Origin: Candidatus Micrarchaeota archaeon | Lineage (GTDB): Archaea > Micrarchaeota > Micrarchaeia > Micrarchaeales > Micrarchaeaceae | NCBI GenBank assembly: GCA_027317945.1 | Contig: DAHVQB010000001.1 | Location: 9,348-73,347 of the forward strand | Length of the DNA: 64,000 bases | Reading direction: 5' to 3' | Part shown: in pieces, positions 29,360 through 37,725 of the stretch | Position numbering within the stretch: position 1 is the stretch's first letter | How the letters are laid out: each line of letters starts with the position of its first letter | The notes under the pieces: generated by a model | Seen by the model: the letters and a program-made list of their open reading frames with translations, nothing else | What the model was told of the DNA's origin: nothing | Database searches by the model: none | Made by a program: the position numbers and the translations under genes

Positions 29360-29545
29360 TCAGGCCATGATCGTCGCTGCTTCAGGCGCTTTTAATGAGT
29401 ACTGCGGTTTGCTGCATAGGCATCCCTCCTGCTGGCACAGATCCGAATAATGAGTCGGGCCTTCATCGAAGTGCCATAGCGCATTTTCGTATTCTGTGAC
29501 ATGATGCCCGCATTTCTGGCAGGCGTGTAGATCCATCTTGGTCAC
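29360..29545 (-). CDS. Small Cys/His-rich protein
   Basis: CQKCGHH...WH...H...CQQEGCLC; co-oriented 18 nt upstream of the ankyrin gene. Confidence 0.6.
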   Translation of the reverse strand: MTKMDLHACQKCGHHVTEYENALWHFDEGPTHYSDLCQQEGCLCSKPQYSLKAPEAATIMA

Positions 29546-29640
29546 CTATATTATTTGAATCTCAATAAAGGTTTTTATCGCTATCTATTTGGCGCATCCA
29601 TTGGAAAATCAGCGAGGCGGTAAAGGCCGTTCTAGTAAGG

Positions 29641-30861
29641 CTATCGGGACTTTTGAGACAGGTATTCCAGCGCATTTCTTAGCACCTTTTCCTTGCTTAT
29701 CGGCTCGGACAGTATGTTGAACAATTCGTGGAAATCGACCTTTTTCTCAAATTTGGCCTCCTTCAACCTTGCACCCAAGATGCTTATGCCAAGTTCTTTT
29801 ATGGGAAGTTCGCCCATCCTACCCTCCCTGAGCTCTTCTATCTCCCTTTCGACCTCGGGATTCTTCATGCCGGACGAGTCTATGTCTAGGAATGCGCTCT
29901 GGGCGTACTTCATGCTAAGCGTCCTGAATGGCATGTCGCCTGTGGAGAAACCTTCGCGCATCGAACCTTCGAAGTAGATTTTTATTATGGGCTTCTCTTG
30001 CGACGAACCTAGTATTGAATCTATTTCTGCCTCTGCAGCAGCGACAACGTCTTTTGGCGTCGCATCCTCTGTTTTTATGTGCTTGACCACGAATGGCCTG
30101 GAATGTATGTGCTCAAATGAGTATGCACCGGTATTCGTGTCGAATATTATGAATCCCTTGCTCTCCTGCTCTCCTTCCTTGAGCTGTGTCAGCACAGTGC
30201 TGCCCGGTATCAGCAGCTTCTTTGAATGCACCTCCGCCTCCACCCTGCTGTGGATGTGGCCGTTGACGTACAAATCGAAACCCCCAGGCAGGTCATCGTA
30301 GTGTATGAAATCCTTGCTGAATGGGAGAAGCTCGTATGTGGACTGGTGGAACATGAATATGTTGAAGGCGCCTTGGACCGGGGCAGGATTCAGCTGTGTG
30401 AGGCGCTCTTTTACCCTATCCTCTGAAAGGCCGCCGAGGCCGAACACAGCGACGCTCTCATCGCCTTTCCTGATAGTCGTGGTTGCCTCACTGCTATCAA
30501 CCAGAAGCCCTGCCAAGCTAAGCAGCTCAAGGGCATTTTCCTTTCCCTCAGCAGTCCTTTCGTGTGTGCCAGGTATCGCCACTATTGGGGCATTTGTGTA
30601 GGCCTTGCTTTCCCGTGATGGACCGCTTGCGAATCCTTCTACCGCAGCGCCCCATTTTTTGTGGGATATGTCCCTGAATATGTTTATCGCTTGTGCTATC
30701 GTCTCTGGTTTTGGCGCTCGCTTGTCGAACACGTCGCCCGGTATCAGCAATGCATCCGCCATGGCTGATGCCCTCTCCAGAGCTTCCCTTGCCTGCGCGT
30801 ATGCGTCTTCCGAAAACCTGTCGTAACCCAGGTGGAGATCCGATACTATGGCTATCTTCAT
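29641..30861 (-). CDS. mre11: Mre11/SbcD-type nuclease
   Basis: SDLHLG, GDVFD, GTHE, FHQ, GHIH, PGS motifs. Confidence 0.9.
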   Translation of the reverse strand: MKIAIVSDLHLGYDRFSEDAYAQAREALERASAMADALLIPGDVFDKRAPKPETIAQAINIFRDISHKKWGAAVEGFASGPSRESKAYTNAPIVAIPGTHERTAEGKENALELLSLAGLLVDSSEATTTIRKGDESVAVFGLGGLSEDRVKERLTQLNPAPVQGAFNIFMFHQSTYELLPFSKDFIHYDDLPGGFDLYVNGHIHSRVEAEVHSKKLLIPGSTVLTQLKEGEQESKGFIIFDTNTGAYSFEHIHSRPFVVKHIKTEDATPKDVVAAAEAEIDSILGSSQEKPIIKIYFEGSMREGFSTGDMPFRTLSMKYAQSAFLDIDSSGMKNPEVEREIEELREGRMGELPIKELGISILGARLKEAKFEKKVDFHELFNILSEPISKEKVLRNALEYLSQKSR

Positions 30862-30867
30862 CGTGCT

Positions 30868-31866
30868 TCACTTTCTTCCTTTGGCCTTCCGTATTATGCT
30901 CTCGTTGAACTGGTCAACGAATTCTTGGGCATTTTCTATGTTGCTGCCATAAGCCCCGGCCGCGCATGGATGCCCGCCGCCGGATCCGGATATAATCGGC
31001 GCAAGTTCCTGGAGCAAGCGCCCGAGATGTATGCCGTACATCCTGTCCAGGGTGGGGCGAAGCCTTGCCGAGAATGATACCTCCTTGCCGCCGCCGGATT
31101 GGAAAAGCGCGACATCGGCGCCTATCCTTATCGCATTATCCGCCACTACGTTGGCCTTGCCATGCGCCACTCCGAAAACGAAAAGAAGCCCGGAACGCAC
31201 CACGACTGTGCCGCCCATCAGGTCTTCTATTATATCGGCCCTCGTTTCTGGGTCAGCTATGTGCCGGATGCTATCGAGCAGGTCTTGGTAATCCGTCCGG
31301 GCAAGGCGCAGTAGCTCCCCTATCTGTATGAAAGTCTGTGCAGTGGCGTTCTTCAGTTCGGCAGAGTCCGATATTATGCCTGCCAGTAGCAGCTTGGCGA
31401 TGCGCGGGTCGGTCTTTGTGTTGAGCCTCTTCAGCAGCTCGTACATTATGCTCGCCGTGGAGTTGTAGCCCTCGTCATTGAATACGGTTACGTTATCAGC
31501 GTTTATTTCGGACAGGGCGTGGTGGTCTATTACTATTATCTGGCCTTTGAACTCCTCCAGCCTTTGCTTGAAACCGCTGCATTCCGAGAAGTTGTTCGCA
31601 TCCAGAAGTATTACGACCTCGGCATCCTGAGGGAATTTGTTTTCTATTGCTACTGAGCCATAACCGAAACGCTTCATTACGCGCAATGCAGTGGAAGACG
31701 GCTGATCCGGTGTAGCCAGGATAGGATATTCAAAGAATCGGGATAGTGCTATTACAGACGACATAGAGTCTATGTCTGCCCTTGAATGGCATGTAAGCAT
31801 CACCATGTTGCGCTTGTACCTCCAGAGGAGCGCGGCGAGCTCTTCTATGCTATTTATCGTTATCAT
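30868..31866 (-). CDS. DHH/DHHA1 phosphoesterase
   Basis: H..AD.DS, IDHH, GIISDS, GGGHPCAAG. Confidence 0.9.
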   Translation of the reverse strand: MITINSIEELAALLWRYKRNMVMLTCHSRADIDSMSSVIALSRFFEYPILATPDQPSSTALRVMKRFGYGSVAIENKFPQDAEVVILLDANNFSECSGFKQRLEEFKGQIIVIDHHALSEINADNVTVFNDEGYNSTASIMYELLKRLNTKTDPRIAKLLLAGIISDSAELKNATAQTFIQIGELLRLARTDYQDLLDSIRHIADPETRADIIEDLMGGTVVVRSGLLFVFGVAHGKANVVADNAIRIGADVALFQSGGGKEVSFSARLRPTLDRMYGIHLGRLLQELAPIISGSGGGHPCAAGAYGSNIENAQEFVDQFNESIIRKAKGRK

Positions 31867-31873
31867 CAGAACA

Positions 31874-32221
31874 TCAGAACGGCTGCTTTCCTGCCATCTT
31901 AAGCTCATTTGTTATCTCCGTCCTAAGCGATTGTTCCTTCTTTGAAAGCTCGTCGTACTGCTTGTTGAGTATGGTTAAGCGCATCTCTGTGGATTCGTGC
32001 TTCTCCTTTATGTCCTTAAGCGCTGCCTCCTTGGTAGACTCCACTATGGCACCCCCTATTGCGTAGAACACCTTGCCGGTTGATTTCTCTATGGAATCCA
32101 TCGCTTCCTTGAGCTCGAGCTTCTGGCCCGAGAACTGCTCCCTCTGCACCGTAATTGCCTGCAATTGCTCCTGTATCATCTGATAGTCCCTGGTAATCTT
32201 CTCCAGCTGCTCTTTTTCCAT
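31874..32221 (-). CDS. pfdB: Prefoldin beta subunit
   Basis: Coiled coil - KVFYAIGGAIVE hairpin - coiled coil. Confidence 0.9.
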   Translation of the reverse strand: MEKEQLEKITRDYQMIQEQLQAITVQREQFSGQKLELKEAMDSIEKSTGKVFYAIGGAIVESTKEAALKDIKEKHESTEMRLTILNKQYDELSKKEQSLRTEITNELKMAGKQPF

Positions 32222-32246
32222 AGAAATCACTCTAAAGCGTAACTGC

Positions 32247-33344
32247 TCATCTATCTATCTCAGCGAGTACCAGGTCAAGGCTGCCCATTATCGAGAATAT
32301 GTCTGCAAACTTTACCCCGTCGCACAGCTTGGAAAGCACTGAAAGGTTTACGAAAGTAGGGGACCTCAGGGATATCCTGTATGGCTTCTGCTTGTCAGGT
32401 ATCATGTATATCAGGCCCTCGCCCCTGGGCAGCTCCCTCCTCGTTATTATCGTATCGGGCTTTGCAGCGGGCCCTATCAGCTTTATCGGGGCCCCGACAA
32501 CATCCGCATCGTCCGGCATCATAGAAAGGCACTGGCGTATTATCTTCGTGCTTTGCAGTATCTCTTCGAACCTGACCTTGTACCTGTCGAACGAATCGCC
32601 GTTGTACTTGACGGGTACGTCGAATTTGAGCTTATCGTAAACATAGTATGGTTGGGACCTCCTTACGTCTTCCTTTACCCCTGATGCCCTGAGCACAGGG
32701 CCGGACACGCCGTAGTTTATGGCATCCTCCTTGCTCAGGACGCCTATTCCCTTCGTCCTCTCTAGGAAGATCTCGTTCTTATCCAGTATCTCTATGTATT
32801 CCGGCATTGTCTTTTCTATGTAGTCTATCAATGCGAGTGAGCGCTCCTTGAAGTCTTTTGGCAGCGGCTGGTAAAGGCCGCCCAGCCTCATGTTTACATA
32901 GAACATCCTGCTTCCGGCGACATCCTCAAGGAGCTTTATCACCTTTGATCTGTCCCTGAACGCCCACATGAACGTAGTGAACATCTGCCCAAGGTCGCTT
33001 GCCAATGTGCCCATCCAGAGCAGGTGGCTTGCGATTCTTTGAAATTCTAGCAGTATGACGCGGGCGTATTGCGCGCCTTCCTTCACCGGTATGCCCATAG
33101 CCTGTTCAACTGCTGCAACGTATAGCTCGTCCCACGATAGGGGCGCTATATAATCAAGCTTTTCCATGTATGACGGATTCTGCATATACATCCTGGTCTC
33201 GCAAAGCTTCTCTACGCCCCTGTGGAGGAAGCCTATGTGCGGTTCAACCAATTTTACCGTATCGCCGTCGACGTCGACTACGAGGCGCAGCACTCCGTGA
33301 GTGCTCGGGTGCACAGGTCCAACATTTATTCGAACTACAGCCAT
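32247..33344 (-). CDS. nuoD: Complex I subunit D
   Basis: GPVHPSTHGVLRL, GFLHRGVEK, LDY, PRGE; ends in EIDR; no NiFe CxxC. Confidence 0.95.
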   Translation of the reverse strand: MAVVRINVGPVHPSTHGVLRLVVDVDGDTVKLVEPHIGFLHRGVEKLCETRMYMQNPSYMEKLDYIAPLSWDELYVAAVEQAMGIPVKEGAQYARVILLEFQRIASHLLWMGTLASDLGQMFTTFMWAFRDRSKVIKLLEDVAGSRMFYVNMRLGGLYQPLPKDFKERSLALIDYIEKTMPEYIEILDKNEIFLERTKGIGVLSKEDAINYGVSGPVLRASGVKEDVRRSQPYYVYDKLKFDVPVKYNGDSFDRYKVRFEEILQSTKIIRQCLSMMPDDADVVGAPIKLIGPAAKPDTIITRRELPRGEGLIYMIPDKQKPYRISLRSPTFVNLSVLSKLCDGVKFADIFSIMGSLDLVLAEIDR

Positions 33345-33724
33345 TAAACAGCCTTCTTGTATTCCTTGCCCCATACGAAGCTCTTCCGAAGCGGGAACTC
33401 AACGCCATTCCACTCCTCAAGCAGAAGGCGCTTTATCTTCCTGCCGTTGATCTTTATGCCGAACATCTCGCACAGTTCGCGCTCGTACCAGTCTGCGGCA
33501 TTGTATAAGTGTATGATTGTGTCTATTTCGGGCTCGTTTGGATCAAGTTTGACTTTTAGCACCTCCATCTGCTTCGTTGAGGTGTTGTAAAGAACGTACA
33601 CTACCTCCAAGTGCGTGACATAGTCGACGGCGGTTATCTTGTTTAGATAATCAAACCCTCGCTCCTTCATGTCTTTGCATGTTTTCACTAACGCTTCTTT
33701 CGTTATTTCCTGCAACCTTACCAC
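33344..33724 (-). CDS. nuoC: Complex I subunit C
   Basis: ITAVDY, AADWYERE..EMFGI, FPLRK. Confidence 0.92.
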   Translation of the reverse strand: MVRLQEITKEALVKTCKDMKERGFDYLNKITAVDYVTHLEVVYVLYNTSTKQMEVLKVKLDPNEPEIDTIIHLYNAADWYERELCEMFGIKINGRKIKRLLLEEWNGVEFPLRKSFVWGKEYKKAV

Positions 33725-34328
33725 TTATTTTATCTTGCAACTTCATGAGCGCCCCGAATAGGTTTTCCGGTTTCGGAGGACAGCCGCATGCGTACACATC
33801 AACCGGCAGCACCTGGTCTATGCCCTGTATTATGTTGTAGCTCTCCCACCACGGGCCGCCTGCAGTAGCGCACTCCCCGTATGCCACCACATATTTTGGG
33901 GAGGCCATCTGCTCATAAAGGCGCTTTATCCTGGGGACCATTGACTTTGTGACCCAGCCTGCCACTATCATGACATCGCACTGCCTTGGGGTGCCCCTGA
34001 ACAACAGGTATCCCTTGCGCTCCGCGTCTATCCTTTCCGCGCCGAAGTCCATCAATTCTATGGCACAGCAGGCAAGCCCGAACTGCAGAGGCCAAAGGGA
34101 GTTTGTGCGGCCCCACGTTATAACGTCCTTTACCAGCGGAGCCATCTTTGACAGGTCGCTCAGCTTTGCGAACACAGCGTTCACGGGCGTCTTGGGCTCG
34201 CCTTCCTTCTCCGACTCTGTCAGCAGTTTTGTCATCTCCTTTTCGGCATTCATGAACTGCTCGACAGTGTATGGGGCGTTTGGCACTTTGCGCGATAGAT
34301 ACTCGGCGGGCACTTCATCTTCAGACAT
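33651..34328 (-). CDS. nuoB: Complex I subunit B
   Basis: FGLACCAIE, TPRQCD, GECATAGG, GCPPKPE. Confidence 0.95.
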   Translation of the reverse strand: MSEDEVPAEYLSRKVPNAPYTVEQFMNAEKEMTKLLTESEKEGEPKTPVNAVFAKLSDLSKMAPLVKDVITWGRTNSLWPLQFGLACCAIELMDFGAERIDAERKGYLLFRGTPRQCDVMIVAGWVTKSMVPRIKRLYEQMASPKYVVAYGECATAGGPWWESYNIIQGIDQVLPVDVYACGCPPKPENLFGALMKLQDKISGKVAGNNERSVSENMQRHEGARV

Positions 34329-34677
34329 TTGGATCACTTATGAATTTATATGAGATAAGTCCAAAAAGCATCGCAACTACCACCATGCCCACCATTTCAA
34401 GGCCGGAGTAGTAGCTGACGGACCTGGCAACGGACGCCCATAGGAGCACGACCACTGAGATTATCTCGAATGGCAGGAACATGGCGAAGATAGGCAGGTA
34501 TTCCACCTGGACCACCAACCCCTCGCCTATGGTCTCTTCTGCACTTTCGTAGGGTGCGTTCTTTACCTTGTTCTTCGGGACCCTGCGCCTTAGCGATATT
34601 GATGTCAGCAGGAGAGAGTACGGGATGAAAAGCGCCATGCCTATGAATATTAGTAATGCCAGATAATTGTAAAACAT
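34321..34677 (-). CDS. nuoA: Complex I subunit A
   Basis: Three TM helices; K..PYES and MFLPFE; first gene of the ABCD run. Confidence 0.85.
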   Translation of the reverse strand: MFYNYLALLIFIGMALFIPYSLLLTSISLRRRVPKNKVKNAPYESAEETIGEGLVVQVEYLPIFAMFLPFEIISVVVLLWASVARSVSYYSGLEMVGMVVVAMLFGLISYKFISDPNV

Positions 34678-34698
34678 CCTTGCACCACCTAAATATGT

Positions 34699-34827
34699 CG
34701 TTGAATCTTTATATTAATTGCCGTTCGCGGTTGGTCGTCGACTTCGTTATTTGGGAATGTGTACATATAGGGCGCTATGCCCCTCAAATGCGCTGATTTA
34801 TACGGCGTTGAATCTTTATAATAATTG
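34699..34827. repeat. 22-nt direct repeat (21/22 identical) containing a TATA-like core
   Basis: CGTTGAATCTTTATA(T/A)TAATTG at 34699-34720 and 34806-34827. Confidence 0.8.
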
Positions 34828-34895
34828 TTGCACTAACTTAAACTGATATGCCAAGAGTTGTTTGGAGCATATACTTTGGCTATTGCGGTTTTCGG

Positions 34896-35705
34896 ATGCT
34901 TTTTGTCTACTCGAGCGAGGACGCAGTGTCCATTGGGGCAGCCGATGAGCTCAAGAGCATGCTCAACATGGAGCATGATATGGAGATAGATGGGAATATG
35001 CACTTTAGGCAGGGCGATGGCCTGGAGATGCTCGGGGTAGGGACAAGGCTCGTTGATGCGGATTACGTAGAGAGGCTGGTAAAGACCGATTTCATAGTAT
35101 TCCTGAGCAAACACAGCAGCGCGGCAGGGGTGCCTGCCTTCACGGTGCATTCCGAAGGCAACTGGAGCGATGCTGCGGCATTGGGCGGGGCCGCTAAAGA
35201 GCTAAGCGTTGCCGCGCCGGTGCAGATGAAGGGATTTTTGGCCGCCTTGCATGCGGCTGCCTCTGAAGCGAAGGTGGATGTGCAGGTCGTGTATGAAGCC
35301 ACACACCATGGGCCCCTGCTGAAAACGCCGTCCTTCTTCGCGGAGCTTGGCGGCAATGTTGAAACAACGCAGGACACGCGCTTAATCGGGGTACTCGCCG
35401 AAGCCGCGGAAAGATTCACGCACCCGGAAGGCGATACCATGGATTATGACAAAATCGCAGTGTACATTGGCGGCATGCATTATGCGAGGCGCGCAACGGA
35501 ACTCGCATTGAATAAAGACTATGCCTCGGCGCACATAATGCCAAAACATTACGTTGATAACGTTGAGTTATTGGAACAGGCGTTTTCCAGATCGTCAGTT
35601 AAGCCCGAAATCGCCCTCATAGAGTGGAAAAGCATAAATGCTGATAAGAGGAATAAGGTACTACGAAAGCTCGAGGATATGGGTCTTGACCATGAGAGGG
35701 TATAA
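34896..35705 (+). CDS. dtdA: D-aminoacyl-tRNA deacylase (DTD2)
   Basis: FLSKHSS, TVHSEGN, YEATHHGP, PSFFAELG, GGMHY. Confidence 0.92.
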   Translation: MLFVYSSEDAVSIGAADELKSMLNMEHDMEIDGNMHFRQGDGLEMLGVGTRLVDADYVERLVKTDFIVFLSKHSSAAGVPAFTVHSEGNWSDAAALGGAAKELSVAAPVQMKGFLAALHAAASEAKVDVQVVYEATHHGPLLKTPSFFAELGGNVETTQDTRLIGVLAEAAERFTHPEGDTMDYDKIAVYIGGMHYARRATELALNKDYASAHIMPKHYVDNVELLEQAFSRSSVKPEIALIEWKSINADKRNKVLRKLEDMGLDHERV

Positions 35706-37725
35706 TCCCGCTTACTTACTCATCGCGATTATAGCAATAACAGCCCTGTCGGCCCAAGCAGGTGCAGCATACTGGTTCCAGAGCGGCGCCAGAGGCTCTG
35801 ACAAAGCGTATTATAACACCGGCGCCAGCGCACAGATAGAGACCATTGCCCCACAGAACCTGACTATAGGGTCATTTGGATTCTGGGTGGGGGAAACCAT
35901 ATCCAACAATGCGTTCATACAGGTTGGATATGTGATACCTAACCAGAGCGGCTATTATCCGACAAACTGCACTGTAGGCCCTAATGATACGGCTACCTGC
36001 GCCAAAGGCATTTACTTGTCCGAGGGAACGCCGTCGTGGTTTTGGGAGTACTTCCCAAGCAGCGGCAATAGGACCGCTTTCTACGGCGGTTATGGTCCTG
36101 CCGGTTCGGCAGGGAAGAATGGCACATTCAACACATACTCGTTCCAAGCCGACGGCAACACATGGAATGTTTACTTCAACCAGCAGCTCATAGGCAGCGT
36201 CGACCTCGGCGTGCCTGGGTCCGGGGGGAATGCGCCGGAAGCGATAGCGGAGTACGCGGACACCAACACAAACGCCACATTCATGAAGGAGGTGCAGTTC
36301 AAGAATGTGCAATTTAGGTCAGGCGGACAGTTCTTGCCCATGTCTGCGGGATACGCTTACATAAGTTACGGAAAGGGCAGCCAGACAGAACTGAAGAATC
36401 TTTATGGCGTGGCGGAGGTTGGGCAGTACGTCAACAACTTTAAGGTAGGATCAAACATCAACGTGCCTCCTGACTCAATGCAGCTATGGGGACTCGGATA
36501 TTATTTAAACGTCTCTTCCAGCGTGGCCAACACGAGCAGTTCGGGCAAATACGATGCATACTCAAACGTGCAGCTACGAATGCCGCGCATCGCCAATGTA
36601 TCGCCCGGGGTTAGGGAGGTCTTTGAAGGATGGAGAGGCAGTGGCTCCGGTTCATACACTGGCAATTCCACATCGATAACGGTAAGCATGTACAGCAACA
36701 TAAGTGAGACGGTGATATGGCAGAAGCAGTATATGCTCAACATCATCTCAGAATACGGGAGCGTGCTGAACGTGCCAGGCGGGACTTGGTACAACGCAGG
36801 GTCGGTTGCAAGATTCTCTGTGAACCAGACGGTCCTGCCCATAAGTTATGGTTCGCGCGCAATGTTTGAGGGATGGAGCACGAACGAGAGCTCTGCTAAT
36901 GGGATGACAGCGATTAATGGACCGACCAATGTTACCGCTTATTGGGTGACCCAGTACCTGGTTAATGCGACAAGCGTTTATGGTAATACGTTAGGATCTG
37001 GATGGTACAACGCCAACAGCCTGGCGGCCGTAAGCGTGGACACGCTGACAATACCGATAAACAACGAAAGCAGGATGGAATTCATAGGTTGGAGCAATGG
37101 AGACGGCGGTGCACTCTTGAATGTACTGGTAAGCGGCCCGGTGTTCATACACGCTAATTATGCGGAGCAATATCTTGTCAACTTCACTGCAACAGACGCC
37201 TATGGGAATGCCATAACGCCGGACTATGTGGTGGTATCGAACCAAGTGATATATGGCCCCTCATTCCTTTATGGAAATACGCAGTATGAGCTGCAGTATG
37301 CAGGGTTTGATGGCGCGCGGATGGGCGTAAACAGGACATTTAGCATAAGCGGGCCGATGTCCATAAACTCACAGTTGCCTGTTTACAAAGTCAATATAAC
37401 AACGGAGAGCTGGCTCGGGCAGCCCGTGAATGCCAGCATAAATCTGACGTTCTCAAATGGCACGGTGCTGAGATCGTACTTGGGCCCCACAGGCAACCGC
37501 CAGTTCGGCGAGGTGCCGTATGGCTCGATAAGCGGCAGCATGGAATACTTTTTTGTAACGGAGAAGGTTGATCTAAGGAACGGGGAGAACCTGAAGCTTA
37601 ATTTCATAACGCCCGGCGCCATAGGTGCAATAGTGGTAGCGCTCTTTGCGATAGGGCTCTCCATTAGGGCGTTGATCAAGATAGAGAAGGAGCATGAAAA
37701 TGAGGCGAGCACCAAGAAGAAGTGA
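35692..37725 (+). CDS. Membrane-anchored secreted protein: G1/thermopsin-like protease domain plus beta-sandwich repeats
   Basis: Signal peptide; FWVG..FIQVGY..WFWEY..PEAIAE; repeats QY.LN..S.YG...G.GWY...F.GWS; C-terminal TM. Confidence 0.6.
   Translation: MRGYNPAYLLIAIIAITALSAQAGAAYWFQSGARGSDKAYYNTGASAQIETIAPQNLTIGSFGFWVGETISNNAFIQVGYVIPNQSGYYPTNCTVGPNDTATCAKGIYLSEGTPSWFWEYFPSSGNRTAFYGGYGPAGSAGKNGTFNTYSFQADGNTWNVYFNQQLIGSVDLGVPGSGGNAPEAIAEYADTNTNATFMKEVQFKNVQFRSGGQFLPMSAGYAYISYGKGSQTELKNLYGVAEVGQYVNNFKVGSNINVPPDSMQLWGLGYYLNVSSSVANTSSSGKYDAYSNVQLRMPRIANVSPGVREVFEGWRGSGSGSYTGNSTSITVSMYSNISETVIWQKQYMLNIISEYGSVLNVPGGTWYNAGSVARFSVNQTVLPISYGSRAMFEGWSTNESSANGMTAINGPTNVTAYWVTQYLVNATSVYGNTLGSGWYNANSLAAVSVDTLTIPINNESRMEFIGWSNGDGGALLNVLVSGPVFIHANYAEQYLVNFTATDAYGNAITPDYVVVSNQVIYGPSFLYGNTQYELQYAGFDGARMGVNRTFSISGPMSINSQLPVYKVNITTESWLGQPVNASINLTFSNGTVLRSYLGPTGNRQFGEVPYGSISGSMEYFFVTEKVDLRNGENLKLNFITPGAIGAIVVALFAIGLSIRALIKIEKEHENEASTKKK

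Noticed and set aside
29641..30861. mre11 without adjacent rad50/herA/nurA as a novel system
   Set aside because: Operon break-up is unremarkable and partners may lie outside the window
32247..33344. Group 4 [NiFe]-hydrogenase large subunit
   Set aside because: No CxxC Ni-binding motifs at either terminus; quinone-site motifs of NuoD are present
34699..34827. CRISPR array
   Set aside because: Only two repeats with an 85-nt gap and no cas genes; no array seen anywhere in the window
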